From NCBI GenBank assembly GCA_030324005.1, contig JARDVH010000160.1:17396117-17460116 (forward strand): a stretch of DNA of 64,000 bases. Reading direction: 5' to 3'. The notes under the pieces are model-generated. The model had not been told where the DNA came from. It searched no databases and was given only the letters and a program-made list of their open reading frames with translations. The translations under genes were made by a program, and so were the position numbers. Source of the stretch: Negaprion brevirostris. Lineage: Eukaryota. This document shows positions 37,468 through 51,215 of the stretch, in pieces (position 1 is the first letter of the stretch; every line of letters starts with the position of its first letter).

Positions 37468-37592
37468 CAGTGGACAGGCTTTAGGGAGTCAAGGGGTGAG
37501 TTATTCACCACAGGATCCTTAGCCTCTGACCTGCTCTTGTAGCCACAGTTTTTATATGGTTAGTCCAGGTAAGCTTCTGGTCAATGGTAACC
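37468..37592 (-). mobile_element. CR1 LINE fragment
   Basis: caggatccttagcctctgacctgctcttgtagccacag...tggtcaatggtaacc is a recurrent CR1-like ORF2 segment. Confidence 0.55.
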
Positions 37593-38357
37593 AAATCTGC
37601 TTCAAAATGTCCCAATAATGACAGTAAAGCTAATGTTCAAGACTGAAAAATGAACAGGACTTCATGATGTTGGGAGTAACCTCATAATTGCACTGAATAC
37701 TTCAGATTTTTACAGCAAGTTTTTGTAATGCATATTTACCTGTTTTCTTTCTATTTACAAGAATTTTTCTGACTCATATTAGGCCAATTCTGTCTTTTTC
37801 AAATATTTCTGACATAAAGGGAAATAAAAACTGGAAGTGTTGGAAATACTCAGCATGTACGGTGGTTCTATTGACATCAAAGAACCCCAGATTACATGGG
37901 CTGTTGAGGGTCCATCTGTGTTTGGTGAGTGCATGAGCTGGCCATTTCAAGGACAGTAGCAAAATGTCGGAAACTTGGACGTTAGCACAAACACGTCAGT
38001 CACTGGCGTCCCACGATTTTCAGCGTGCAATTGTACAATTCCTGTCCAGCAGAGCTACTGAAACTCCAGTCTCCAGTGTTCTGAATACATCAAAGCTATT
38101 CAACGGGTATCCTATTTTATGTAAGATGAGTAAGAGATTTTGATATACAAAATTGGATAGAAATGTAAGAATTTGGCTGGGATTTTCCAGTCCTGCTGTG
38201 TTGGGTTTCCCTGTGGTGGACGTGGTAAGCCACTTAAATCTCTGTTGACTTCAATAGGACTTGAAGATCCTACTGTTTTTCATTAAAATTTATCCACTAC
38301 AGTGAACAAAATCCAAACACATTTTTTTACTTAAAAGGGACTATCATCTGAGACCAT

Positions 38358-38670
38358 TCATAGAATCCCTACAGTGCAGAGGGAGACCATTCAGCCCATT
38401 GAGTCTGCACCGACCACAATCCCACATTCTCATAGCCCCATGTTTTTACCCTGCTATATCCCCTGATACTAAGTGGCAATTTACCATAGCTGGTCAACCT
38501 AACCAGCATATCTTTGGATTGTGGGAGGAAACCGGAGCATCCGGAGGAAACCGTGCAGACACGAGGAGAATGTGCAAACTCCACACAGATAGTGACTCAA
38601 GCCGGGAATCGAAGCTGGGTCCCTGACACTGTCAGGCAGCAGTGCTAACCACTGTGCCACCATTCCACCC
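38358..38670 (-). mobile_element. HE1-type SINE
   Basis: tcatagaatccctacagtgcag...ggcagcagtgctaaccactgtgccacc. Confidence 0.93.
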
Positions 38671-39298
38671 AGAGCATGTTTCCTTAGAGCAAAGGATGGT
38701 TGCTTAGATCAGCCTTGACATTAATGTGTCTTGCTTCAGGCTTAGATGTTCTTCTAAAGTAAAAGTTAGCCCAATCCTCCATTGGGTAACCCTCTTCCAC
38801 AATCAATTCAACAGAGGTTTACATCAGATGAAGGCTAGTCGTACCTGTATAGAATTTATCAAACTGATCAAAGTACCTTGAAAGTTGCATTTGAGTAAAA
38901 AAGCCCCTCCCCCCCAAAAAATTATAAACCTTTTGCGTTTATATAAACTCTATCATGATACACAGGATGTGATATTAGTTCAAACAACATGAACTAAAGT
39001 CTAAGGATGATTGTTTGAGATATCATATGTACAACAACTTTATGCCACCTTTTTCAACTGTAGTACTAACCTATTTGGAGCAGTTAGGTTAATAAATAGG
39101 TTATAATACTAGATAGAGGAACGTTACATGAATGTATTTGTTACTTGCGTTGTCCTAAACATACAAAACAGACACCAATCTATCGAAGGCAGAATGGATT
39201 GGTGAGATACATATACATGACTTATTCATGCTCAGATACTCTTCAACATTACTGAATGTTCCTCCCCATTTTTCCCCAGTGTTTCACATTTCACTCAC

Positions 39299-39420
39299 TG
39301 TTTTTTTGCCGTGCCTTTGAAGTAAGTTGGGTTGCCTTCTTGGGCTTTCGCACACGTGAATATCTCAGTACTTCGAAACTCTCAGGTACAGCAGCTGCAC
39401 CATGTGTATCTGGAGGCCTC
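39299..39420 (-). CDS. Internal coding exon (122 nt, phase 2 to 1) of the unidentified gene
   Basis: Acceptor tctctgttctgtttatcttgatcccacag|G and donor CA|gtgagt. The only open frame reads RPPDTHGAAAVPESFEVLRYSRVRKPKKATQLTSKARQKN, and its phases fit both neighbouring exons. Confidence 0.78.
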
Positions 39421-42400
39421 CTGTGGGATCAAGATAAACAGAACAGAGAATGGGGAAGAATTCTACTTCAACGCTTGACTTGCAATTGTCTACTATCACT
39501 GACAACAGCTTGCTACAGTGAAGCATCCATTCAGTGTAATATACTAACTACAGTTCCTGAGCCAAAACTCAACCATGTGGTTGGACAGATTGGGTTTAAT
39601 ATTCAATCAAGTAGAACTAATTTCAAAATTTATCCCCCATCCAAGTCACATTACCTGAGCTCAAACAGACTTTAAAAATACTTCTCATATTCCTCCCTCT
39701 TAATCTGCTCAGGTCAAATTGATCAGCCTATCAAAAAGGAACATGTTGAACAATGCACTTCCAGGATTAGGAAAGTGTCTCTAGGGGACCAAGCATTTGG
39801 TAGTGTCTGTATTGGGAACAGGGGAGGTGATTGGATTGATCATAGTTCCATTGTCATGGAAAAGTGCCTGCCTTCTGATGAGTATCTTACGACAAAAACA
39901 AAATGAGGTCTAAAGTCACCATGACGGAACTGTAAAAGGCAAATATCATAAGCAGAGTCCAACTCACTGTGCACCCTGTCAGATTCGGCATCTCTGTCTC
40001 CAGGAAAGAACATTGGGTACAAAATTATTACGGCTTATTTTCAGACGCATGGGATACTGAGCCCTCAGTCTTACCGGGCTTTGTTGGCTTAATTTGGGTG
40101 AGTTTCTAGGAGCTGTCATGCCTCTATATTTGGATTAGTCCGAAGGCAACTCCCAAATCGGGGAATATTGCTAGCGATCAAGGGGGGAGGTCAATCACAG
40201 ACATAGTTGGGAGATCATCCCACCTAGAATGGGTAAACCCACATCTACTCTGTTGTTCCTGCATAGGGACTGAAAACAGGCATTAGGTCCCTTCCATACA
40301 CAAATGACAGATCTAATGACTATTTCAGGTGATGTTATCTGACACCTGAGAATGACCCTGACCAAATTTTGGGCGGACTGTCTTTCAGATGTCTTTGAGT
40401 TGCAAGTTTGGCTTCCCGAAATTGGATCTTGTTCACTTGTATGGTGCCCCTGAAACAGGTATCGTCATGTCCAATTTTTGATTTTTTTTTGTATTCTTTC
40501 TCTGCAAAAACTCTTTGGACAATATGTAATAAAACATTTTGGAGCAGGATAATGATAAGATGCTGCTGGTTATATGTAAAAAATCAACTCAAATGCCTTA
40601 GATGCAAAACTTTGTTCTCCAGTTTTGTACTTTTTCCCATCCCAATTATTTTTGCCTCTTTTTTGTTTTAAGACTATTCCTATGCCACAAACCATACTCT
40701 CAAATGAGAGGTAGGTTGATATCCTGCATTGTCTCTCCCATTTGCTGCCTTGAGTCAGGTGCTAGGAATCCTACAGTATATTTAGAAAAAATGTTCTCCT
40801 GCCATTACCCTCTCTCAGGGCAGGTGACTCATCATGTAGCAAACGCAAGTGTGAACCCCAGATTCTACAACTCAATAGACATAGGAAGAAATCATCAACC
40901 GATTAAACATGGGCAGGGTCAAAGAAAACAGGATAAAATGATCGGAGAATTGAATTGAACTCCACTAGTTTCTGGAAATGGAATGGAAGCAGCATTACTA
41001 TACAGTGATGGAAAATCCCAACATTGTCGCCAAACTAAATTCTCTCCATCTTTCTTAGAAATATTTCCTATCCTCGTTGTTATGAACACTAAACTTAAGA
41101 AAGGTGTCAATGTCTGAGGGAATGGTTCATTCATCAATTGAATAGAGATTAACAATGAGGTGGGTCACAATATTTCATTTCATTTTGTTCATTTTAAATT
41201 ACTTGCAATGAATGGAATGATTAAGTGGTGCCAAAACTGCCTTTTATACTATAAACTATCATTATATTAATTTTATTTCTGTACCCTCAGCTACCACAAT
41301 AATCTGGACTTGTCAGCTAATGTGTAGCTCATCTACAAAACAAATGGATAATACAGAAGGCTTCAAATTCCCCTGTGGGGTGTTCACATGATTGCCCAAT
41401 GCATGTTCTTTCCACCCGATACATGGCATTACTTTGGAGACCCAACAAGCCTGCCTTCCCTCTTCCTCTCTGCCCTAAAAGTTGTTCATCAGAATCCCTG
41501 GCACTTATCACTAATTGACCACTCTGATATTTTTTGGCCACCTGTGCCACCTCTACTAAATTGTTTTGCTTCACTCCCTTTCTCTTTCCCTGCCTGGGTC
41601 CAATTATCCCTATGCTTATTAGCCCAACTTAAGCCGAACACTATGACAGGTCGTAACTAGCACTGCTAAGCCACGGGAGATTGACTGGTGAATTTGTTAT
41701 ATATATTTGCTTTTTGTTCGTTACGCATTATGCTTCACTACAGAGTTGATGTCAAGAACATCATCATCTAAAATTGCGATACAGCAAAGTCACTTATGAT
41801 GGAATTGAAATCAAATACCTGGATGATATCATGGAGTGGGAAAGTGCAAATTCCTTTCTCATGAATCTTAACACTGTGTAAATTCTGTTGCATAGAATTG
41901 CTTGGATTTACAGCACCATTCCAACTGGCTCTTGTTTATGTTCTCGAGGAACCTCCTATTATATCTAACCCCTGTTCCATTCTAATCACTCTGCATAAAG
42001 AATAGTGTTTCCTGAATTTCTTATTGGACTGATTAGAGGTTATCATGCATTAACTGGAGTTGATTTGATTTTAGGCCAACAGACTGGGGGAGCACAATTG
42101 CTGGGCACTAGTTCCATTGGCAAAGACATCCCCTCCCAATCTATGTCTTTGAGGCCACTGTATCGCTTAAATTTTATGGGGCAGCTGCGAGGCGCCAAAA
42201 GAATTGTCCCAATGCAACTTGCTGGATGAAACCTCAACATTGAGCAACAGCAACCACCTGCTAGATAAAGTTTGGGCACTGGTGGGGGTGCGATTTCAAA
42301 ATCATGGAGCACAGGGGTTCCTGGGGTAGCAATGATCTTATCTAAGTCAGAGGGCCCTTATTTTCTTATTAAAAATGAACTTTTAGAATGGAGACCAGCG

Positions 42401-42597
42401 TTAACAGAATAGTAAAGCTACCAATCCCATTTCAGGTCTGTTGCCACCCCTAAGGCTAAAGTGTTGACACTCGACACCAGTGTGAAAATTGGGCATTACT
42501 TCCCAGTAAGAGGGGAAGAGTCACTACCCCAGGTTGCTCCCAGTTAACTGGTAGAGTTAAGCATGCAGACTGACCAGCTATGTGTTGACTCAAGGAT

Positions 42598-42715
42598 AGT
42601 GTGTGGTGTAAATATGTAGGGATATGGGGGGAGGGCCTGGGTGGGATTGTGGTTGGTGCAAACTTGATGGGCCGAAGGGCCTTTCTCTGCGGGTTCTATG
42701 ATTCTATGATCTATA
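42598..42715 (+). mobile_element. HE1-type SINE 3' fragment
   Basis: gggcctgggtgggattgtggttggtgca...ttctatgattctatga. Confidence 0.8.
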
Positions 42716-43521
42716 GACTCAACAAATGGGGTGAGAGAAATATTCAAAAAAGTGGGAAACCCACTCTCAGAAAATGGCAATTACATTGAAATGGTAATAT
42801 CTTCAACCTTTTTATGTGTTGATATACTGACCATTTTCTATAAAGTTGTTTTGTGTTGGATATAGAAGTGAAGTTGATAGTGAATAATTTTGTGAAGGGT
42901 GTATCTGACCCAAGGGGTATCCTTTCTGATGAATTTGATTAAAGTTTTCCCCAGTGTCTCTCCAAAATGTCTTATACTGTTGGCACTGACCTCAGATGGT
43001 GAAAGCATTGATTATTGGGGGAAAAAAATTGCCCCCCTTTCTTACTCAGAATATCATTTTGAATTGAAACAAATTGCATGAAAATATATGGGTTCTTTGC
43101 AAGAGTATACTTGCTTCAGATGCATTCTTAGCAAATACTTCCAGGAATCTTCTGCTGGAAATGTCAAAAGAAATGTGAATGGCCACAATGGAACTGATGT
43201 TTCAAGAGGAAGAATTAAGGGCACATATTACACTGTTGACTATAATTATAGTTCTCGCTTTTTCTACATGTCTCTTTGCAAACGATAAGAAATTGAAATC
43301 TGGGATTGGATCTTTTCATTTTTTTATTACAAGTTTCTGATATCTTTATTGGAACACCATACACACTCCTAAGATGGGTTTGAAATTGCCAATATGTTTT
43401 GTGGTACATCTTCCCTAGATATCCTGTTGCTTTCATGGTATTGATACAACATTTGGACAGTTCATTAGAAAATACCTTTCAGCCTACACAGGCATTGATC
43501 AAGGGCCCTCAGGCTCAGAGA

Positions 43522-43720
43522 TTGACGTACCAACAAACAGTGCCACTGAATGATTGGACAAGGGTTTATTATCACAATTTAGTATATAACGTCACATACT
43601 TATTTGAGTTGCTTTCGGGAGTGGGATTGAGGGGTTGGTTGAGTAGGGAATCACCGCTTCTTTACAGGAAGGGCGTCACCAGTAGCCAATCGTGAGCACC
43701 TCACTTAGTGGGTAGTTACA
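43522..43720 (-). mobile_element. Possible decayed solo LTR
   Basis: The minus strand starts tgtaactac and carries attgg and AATAAA, but no matching TSD is visible. Confidence 0.35.
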
Positions 43721-43985
43721 GCTAGAGCAACATGGGCAGATACCTGGATGCAGTTTGCCAGCCCTGCCCCTCAGCAAGGAATGCTGAGTGCTGTGGAAGA
43801 ACCTAAAGAGGAGGAAAAAGATATTGTGAAGCAATAAATGGTAAGTGAATGGAGATCATTTACAATACACAGTTTGTGAATATTACTTTCGTTGCCTGCA
43901 AGGCCAAGCTAATGTTCATTTCTCCAAATAGGTAAGCTGTGTGTGGAGATGTGGCTCGCCTAAATCATTACAAATAGGAGCCAAA

Positions 43986-44121
43986 GGGCGCAATCTTACT
44001 GGCCATTCATGCCGCGCTCCCACTGCAGCAAGGTTGGAGAATTTGGCACCCAGCCAAATCTCCATTCACTGCAGCGGGATGGGAAATTCTCACTGGCGTG
44101 AACGGCTGTAATATTCCAGCC
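43986..44121. mobile_element. MITE (11599 family)
   Basis: gggcgcaatcttac...ggagaatttggcacccagccaaatctccattcactgcagcggg...atattccagcc. Confidence 0.75.
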
Positions 44122-44762
44122 AAGATCTTATTCCGGGATGGTCTTGGGCCTCCAGGTGGTAATAGAGCCTGCACAGCCTTAATTGAGGGCCCCAATGAGG
44201 CTCAATTAAATTTCTACCTCACAATCACAACAGTTGCTCTTGATGCGATTTCTGTTGAAAAGTTGGCGGATTGGGAGACTAATGGTGACAAGTTTCATTG
44301 CGGGACTCATGAAGTCCTTATTGATAATTAAGTTGGGCCAACCTCAAAATTAAATCAAAATGTATTACTTTGCATAAACTTTTGCATTGAAAGTGAATCA
44401 CCTTAAATAGTTTAAATAGAATAAGATATAAATCTTGAATAACTATCTTCAATCCCTGCTTAGTGGACTGTCCCACAGATGATGACATGACCATCAATGA
44501 TTAATTATGATATCAGTATTTTAAATTAAATATGAGGAAAACATAAANNNNNNNNNNGTCTTAACACATTGTTTTAGCATGAGAAACTTCAGCTTGCAAA
44601 ATACTTTGCTTTGTTAATCCATCATTTTTCCATTCCTACCTCAATATAGTCCCACTTCAGCATGAGAAATTCAGTAAATTATTGTGGCTTAATAATAACA
44701 TGTTCTGCAATTAAATTGTTAGGAATGGTGATGTGTAGAAACACACAGACCAAAATGTTTTC

Positions 44763-44908
44763 GGCCAGAGTGCTCCAGTCTCGCATGCTCTGCAGCCACT
44801 CCCAGCAAGAATGGAGAATTTGATGCTTAGCCAAATCTCCNNNNNNNNNNTTCATTGCAGCGGGAGCAGGGAATCCCAGCTGAACACGAGGTTAGAGAAT
44901 TCCAGCCC
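44763..44908. mobile_element. MITE (11599 family), spans a small gap
   Basis: ggccagagtgctcc...agccaaatctcc...agagaattccagccc. Confidence 0.7.
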
Positions 44909-46554
44909 TCAAGTTTGAGTCCTGGTTTGCTTCAAGTTACTATCTCATTTGCACTGGTGGCAGGGATGCAACAATTAGTCTCAATAACCTGGGTGAGGGA
45001 GGAAAAGCAATTAATACCCGATTACTGCAGAGTAGCAACTTTTTAAAAAGAATTATGGATGTGTAGTCGATAGATAATGATGACGCCAGACTATAATACT
45101 GCCATGCGGACAGTCAAGCCCAGTTAAAAGAGTAACCAATTAGATAAGTTACCACAGAATAAAGGTGGAAGCCAACGACATTGTGAGTCACCACATTCAG
45201 AGTATGAGGGTGCATGACTGGTGGAGCTCTTGGCCCTTTGGTTAAGATCAAGCCCAAGATTGGAGTGCAATGTCTTTTCTTGTCAGCTTGGATCTTCTAC
45301 ATCTCTCTTGTGGAGACCATAAATTGGACTCAATTTGAATTTGGTTGTTGGAGCAAGCAATCCACTCTGCACATTGGCTTTATAACTTTAAGAATAGAAT
45401 TTAAAAATTAAATAAAGGTCCATGGGGAGCAAAAGAAAATGAAAAGACGTTGGTCTAATAGTCCAGACTTTTGGAGATAATTTTCATCCATCTCTCTGGG
45501 TGGGAAAGTCGATGGGATCAAATGGAAAATTTGTTTGTACCCCAGCCAATAATTACATTCCATTTTTCAATAGGCAATTAAGTAAGATGGGGTGGACTGC
45601 TAACCAGCATCTTACCCACTCCTGACAGGTGGGTTAAGTTAAAATTGCCCTCGCTTTACTGAGTCCAAAGCATGCCTCATCCTGGATGAATATCTTCTTT
45701 ATAAACCTAATCATCCCAGGCCTAGTTGTTAACTTTCTCAACCAGAGTAAAGCAGTTCAATAAAATCTGATAGGGCTTGTCAATTTTGAATTCCAATTTC
45801 TCACTTCTGTACACATTGGTTAAGGCAAAAATATGAAACGCAACATCCTTGAGTAGCATTCATTGCTGATGCCACTTTGCAAATTGAACTTTATTGATTG
45901 CAGATGACTTAATATTCATCAGTAATCTAATTGTATCTATTCTATCAAGGTTGAGTAGACATCTCTCAAATTAGTATATAAAAAGACCTTAATTTCTAAA
46001 GACATTAAAATAGACATCTTGAAATATAGATTTATAATAACAAAAAATATTCAACGGGTAAAAATTCCAGCTACATTATAAAATGCTGGAGCTGAATATG
46101 TATTCAAAATATTTATAAACTATAGTCAGGTCACAGAGCATTTCTTCAGGACAGAAGTTAAATACATCCATATTACATTTTTTTTCTATGCAGCACAGTA
46201 AACAAAATATATATTTTGCGTAAAAAATGTTTACAGGAAGTTTTCTGTTTGCAATTGATAGCATAACTGTTAAAGGACATATTACAGCTCTCACGAGTTT
46301 TAAAGAAGTGGAAAGCATTCCCACTGGGAACATTATTATTTGAAGTTGTACATTTTGTATGCCTGTTGCAAATCGGCCTGATGTGTTGTTGCTGAAACCT
46401 TCAATGGTTGGTCATGAGGGTGAAGGCAATGACGAAGAAATCAAATCTGCAACTATTTGGAACAATAAGGGAAATGTATGTCCAACAAAAAATATATGAT
46501 TGATTATTCCATGAAAGCATTTAAGGGATTTATCTGGTGATGTAGATAGTTAAC

Positions 46555-46810
46555 AATGATCATCCCCATGAGGTTCATGGGGATCACTAATTGATCTCCC
46601 TTTGGTGTTTGTTGAATATGAATTTCCCTGGTAACAGGCAGTGACCTGCCCAGCTGTAACTCATTACTTGAGCCTTTTATAAGGCAGGCCCAGTACTGGG
46701 TCTGCTGAATTGTAATTCCAGGGACTAGTGTATACATCAGGGTAGTGGATTTACATTGCATTCTGTAGTAAACTATGTTCCTTTCCAATTGGGCTTCCTG
46801 AGTCATTATA
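46555..46810 (+). repeat. 5' LTR of the Gypsy element
   Basis: Aligns with 50945-51215 (for example cagggactagtg, ttacattgcattctgta, atgttcctttcca) and is followed directly by the PBS. Confidence 0.9.
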
Positions 46811-49548
46811 TTGGTGATGAGGAACAAGAAAAATTTTGGACCACCTTGCCTTTCAATGACCCTGGTAAGACAGTGAGGGGGAGATATTGAAAATGCTGCT
46901 GTTTGTGACTGGAAATTTATGATGTGGGTATGGAGGGTTGGTGCCAGTACATCAAAAAAAATGAGATATTTCTTCTGGGCAAAGAGGTTAGAAGGAGATG
47001 ACCAACAAGAAGTCGTTCTCCTGACTGCTTGTGGGGTGTTCAGCATAATAAAATATTTAACTTACCTGCCAATCCCAGATTCAAACTTGTTTGAATTGGT
47101 AGATATGGTATTGAGCCACTACAACCCTAAATCATTGTTATATTGCAATGCTACAGGTTTAACACAGCAAATAAACTCCCTAGGGAACCAGTCAGTGAGC
47201 TCCTAATGAGTCTGGAAGTTGGTGGAACACCAGTCAGTATTTCCAGAAATGTTAAGGGATTATTTAGAATGTGGAAGTAATATTGTGACCCAAAGGAAGC
47301 ATGGATTGAACCAGCTCTGGACCTCAAGAGCCATAGAACTGGCTCTTTTGCATGGAAGTACAAAAAAAAATGGGGCCCAGGAGATTTAGGGGTCCACAGA
47401 TGGTTCCATCCTCCGCTTTAGGTGACTCCCATACTGCAGAAACACTTACTGTCAAGAAACAGTGATTGGAGTTAGAGGCTGTGAGATTCCAGAACTAGAC
47501 AGAAAGTCTCCTCACAATACAGTGAGGAGTGAGCACAGCTGTGCTGTGCTTGTGGTCATGGGGTCCACCCCAGACAGGCTACTGAAACAGGCACCATCCA
47601 GGCCAAAGGGCCACATCAGGACAGGGCTTCACAAATAAACCAGCCCCAGATTGAGGAATTGATGCAGGTAAATTGTATCATTGCACCCAAAGTTGCTCCA
47701 ATCAAGATTTCTACTTTAGGTAAGTGGCCAGCCCCAAGACTTGAAGGTAGATAAGGAGCCTCTATATCTATTATTGGAGAGCAAACCTTCCAGTGAACCT
47801 GATTGGGGAACTTGCCTTTAAGCCTGTGGGACACCAGGACTAGATTGGCCACATATACTGGGGAGCCCTTGCGTACTGTTAGGATCACCACAACCCCAGT
47901 TATATATTGGCAACAGACTGTTTGTTTGACTCCCCGTAACAGTGGTACAAGGGCCAGAGCCCAACGTTTTGGAAAGGGACTGACTTTGGGAAATCAACCT
48001 GGATTGGTAACAGGTCTTTAATACAAAGTCATTGTGAAGTATCCTGAGTAGTCCAAGAAGACCTTGAGCAAATTTGAGGCACTAAGGCCAAGATCCACAT
48101 GGACCCAGAGCCCCAATCAAAAAAATTCAAGCCATTGCTAGTCCCCTATCAACCTAAGTAGAAGTTGAATTGGAACGTCTAGAGGAACTTGGCATTATAA
48201 GCCCAGCACAATTTGCTGAATGGGCCATGCTTGAAGTCCCAGTTTTAAAACCTGACAATTCAATCCGTATCTTTGGGAATTATAAATTGACAACCAACAG
48301 AGTTTCCTGTTTAGATAGAAACCCCATACCACGCTCTGGCTGGGAGTTGGAGCATGAGCCACGCCTACCTCCAACTGGAGCTTATCACCATAAATACTCA
48401 AAGGACTGTATGAGTATATTCTCTTTTCATTTGGGGTGTCTTTGGCTTGTAGTATTTTTCAAAGGGTGTTAGGAACATCTTTCAAGGAGTGCCCCTCACG
48501 GGGCCATCTATCTGGATGATGTTTTAATCTCAGGAGTTGCTGCAAAGGAACGTTTGGAGAGTTTGAAGGATGATCTTATAGCTTTTTCTGATGCCGGTGT
48601 CAGATTAAAAAGGGAAAAATGTATATTCTGGACCAACAAGGTAACATTCCTTGGGTACAGAGTTGACCAGTATGGATCATACCCTGTCAAAGAGAAGGTG
48701 AGGGTCACAAAAAGGGTTCTGACTCCAAGGAACACAACGGAGTTGAGGTCTTTCCTAGATCTTATAAATTACTGTGGGAAATTCATACCAAACTTGGTGA
48801 CCCTGCTGGGATCCCTCCACATAAAAATCAGAAATGCTCATGGAATCCTTCCACATTCTGGTTAAAAAAAATCAGAAATGCTCAAAGCAAATGCCACAAG
48901 AGAAAGTCAAACAACAAGCAATTGTTAACAAATACACTAGCCCATTATAACTCATGAGACAACTCATTATAATCTGAGATGCCTCCTCCTACGGGATAGG
49001 AGCAGTATTATTGCACTGTTGGGATGATGGGACAGAATGTCCAATCACATATACATTGTGAAACCTGGCAGATGCAGAGAGGAATTATGCCTAGATTGAT
49101 TATGGTATCTGTGGTGAATAAATTCCATCAGTACGTGAATAGTCATTATTTCACCATAGTAATGGACCATGAATCTCTGCTGGGCCTCGTCAAGGAAGAC
49201 AAAGTGATCCTTCCCATGGCATCAGCCCAGATCCAACACCAAGCACTGCTAATAGGTCCCTAAGAATAAACCTTAGAACATCATCCAGAGAGACATTTAG
49301 ACAATGCGGATGGCTTAATCTCATTTACCAGTGAGGAGCTTCAAGCCTTCGTGAGTCTGAACAGAATAAGGCACATTAAGTCATCCACATTGGAAGATGG
49401 ATGAAGTCGTCATGACTTTGAACTTCATGGAAACGCTCTCTGTCAGTATCCATCTAGCAAATCTAGACATGGACCCATAAGGATGAAACAACAGCATGTC
49501 ATCTTGAGTGGTGGGCCACAAGAGCATCCTATGGAGGATTTGAAACTT

Positions 49549-49674
49549 TGGCAGGAATTTTACTGTCCCACCTACCATGTGAATTGGAGCAGGTGAGGGG
49601 TGAATCATGGAAAGGTCTGTTGACCTCAGGTGGGATTTTATGGTTTCAGGACGAGCAAAGCTGTAAAATCCCAC
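49549..49674. mobile_element. MITE nested in Gypsy pol
   Basis: ggcaggaattttac...gtaaaatcccacc, same family as 17463 and 9184. Confidence 0.8.
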
Positions 49675-50944
49675 CTCCTTCTCTAAAGTTCAGGAGTATA
49701 GAAAATGGCATTATCTTGTGGGGAACCTGAGTGGTTGTCCTGCATTCAGGCCTGCGACCAATGCTTCAAGAATTGCACAATGGCCACCCAGGAATTTCCA
49801 ATATGGAAATGCTCGCAAGGAGCTATGTCTGGTGACCTGGCATGGACAGTGATATTGAAAATCTGGTCAAGAGGTGCAAAACCTGTCAGGAAAACCAGAA
49901 GGCCCCACCTGGAGCATCGGTGCGCCCTTGGGAGTGGCTGGGGTGACCTGGGTGCGAGTACTTGCAAACTTTGCAGGTCTCCATGTTTTGAATTCTCATT
50001 GATACCCATTCAAAATGGATTTACGTGCATCGGATAGCCTCTACTTCCTCCTAAAATACCGTCAATCTATTAGTACACATGGTATACTGAGGTTCTAGTG
50101 ACAGACAATGGGATCCCAGTTATCAGTGAGGAGCTTGAGGCCTTCATGAGTATGAACAGAATAAGGTACATCCACATGGTATCCTCAAATGGCCTGGCTG
50201 AGCAGATGGCCCAGACACTTAAAAGTGACATGAAGAAACAAACCACAGGTTCTCTAGAAACAAAGCTTGCACATTTTCTTTTTAATTATTGGACTGTGCC
50301 ACATATGATATCAGGAATGGCAATGATGAGCTATTGATGGGCCACTGCCTTCAGACTAGGCCTAGCCTGATGTTCCCAAATTTAGCCAGCAATGCCAAGT
50401 TAAAACAAGAAGCCCAGAAAAGGGATCATGAGACTGGACAGAGATTTCAAACTGGGAGATACTCTCCGCGTGAGGAACTGAGGCGACGGCTCTCTGTGGA
50501 TTCCGAGAGTTATTCTCAAGAAAACAGGATGGGTGTTTTATAATTTAAAACCAGGGAAGAGGTTAAAGAAGCACACAGATCATCTCTGCCACAGGGACCC
50601 ATCCACAGAGGCAACTGTTTCTACCAACACACCATGGTGTCCTTCACACTGGCCTGTGGACAGGAAATCCCACCCCTAAAAACTCACCTGGATGATGAAG
50701 GTTCTGGCTGGGACATGGAGACAGAGGCAGCAGGCATCAAGTAAGAGGTGCCACCAGGGATGAATCCCCTGTGATGGCTCTTCCGTTGCTCTTCATGGAA
50801 GAGGCTTTCACCAATTTGTTACAGGCCTCCCCCCCAACCAGACAATCAGTGATGGAGATGAGGCCTTGNNNNNNNNNNNNNNAAAGGCCCCATCGTCATG
50901 AGAGCAAATGGGACCCCTCCGACTGGGGGGTGGGGGGGTGGAGG

Positions 50945-51215
50945 TGTGGTAACCTCCACAAGGTTCTTGGGAAATTACGATTGATCTCCTTGTGAGGCTC
51001 GTTGAGTTGTGAGTTCCCCTGGTACCAGGCAGTGACTGACTTGCCCAGCTGGAACTCACTACCTGAATCTTTCACAAGGGCAAAGGCCCAGGACTGGGCC
51101 TGCTGAGCTGTAGTCCCAATCAGGGACTAGTGCATGCTTACCATGGAAATGGTTTTACATTGCATTCTGTAATGAGTCATGTTCCTTTCCAGTGGGGTTT
51201 CCTGAGCACATTGCA
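50945..51215 (+). repeat. 3' LTR of the Gypsy element
   Basis: TG...CA termini, preceded by the polypurine tract. Confidence 0.9.

Larger units (their letters stand above)
46555..51215 (+). mobile_element. Gypsy (Mag-clade-like) LTR retrotransposon, both LTRs present, heavily decayed
   Basis: LTRs at 46555-46810 and 50945-51215. The PBS tggtgatgagga at 46812 is a CpG-decayed TGGCGACGAGGA (tRNA-Ser type). Gag MRYFF..VVLLTACG, RT VPVLKPDNSIRIFGNYK and YLDDVLISG (48509), RNase H DASSYGIGAVL (48978), integrase HNGHPG..CKTCQ, VTDNG and SSNGLAE, and a G-rich PPT at 50925-50944. Confidence 0.95.

Noticed and set aside
21096-37522. Long ORFs made mostly of X (21.1-21.6, 27.2-27.6 and 36.9-37.5 kb)
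   Set aside because: They are artefacts of translating N-gaps.
46504-47046. 180-aa minus-strand ORF
   Set aside because: It is an antisense shadow across the Gypsy 5' LTR and gag.
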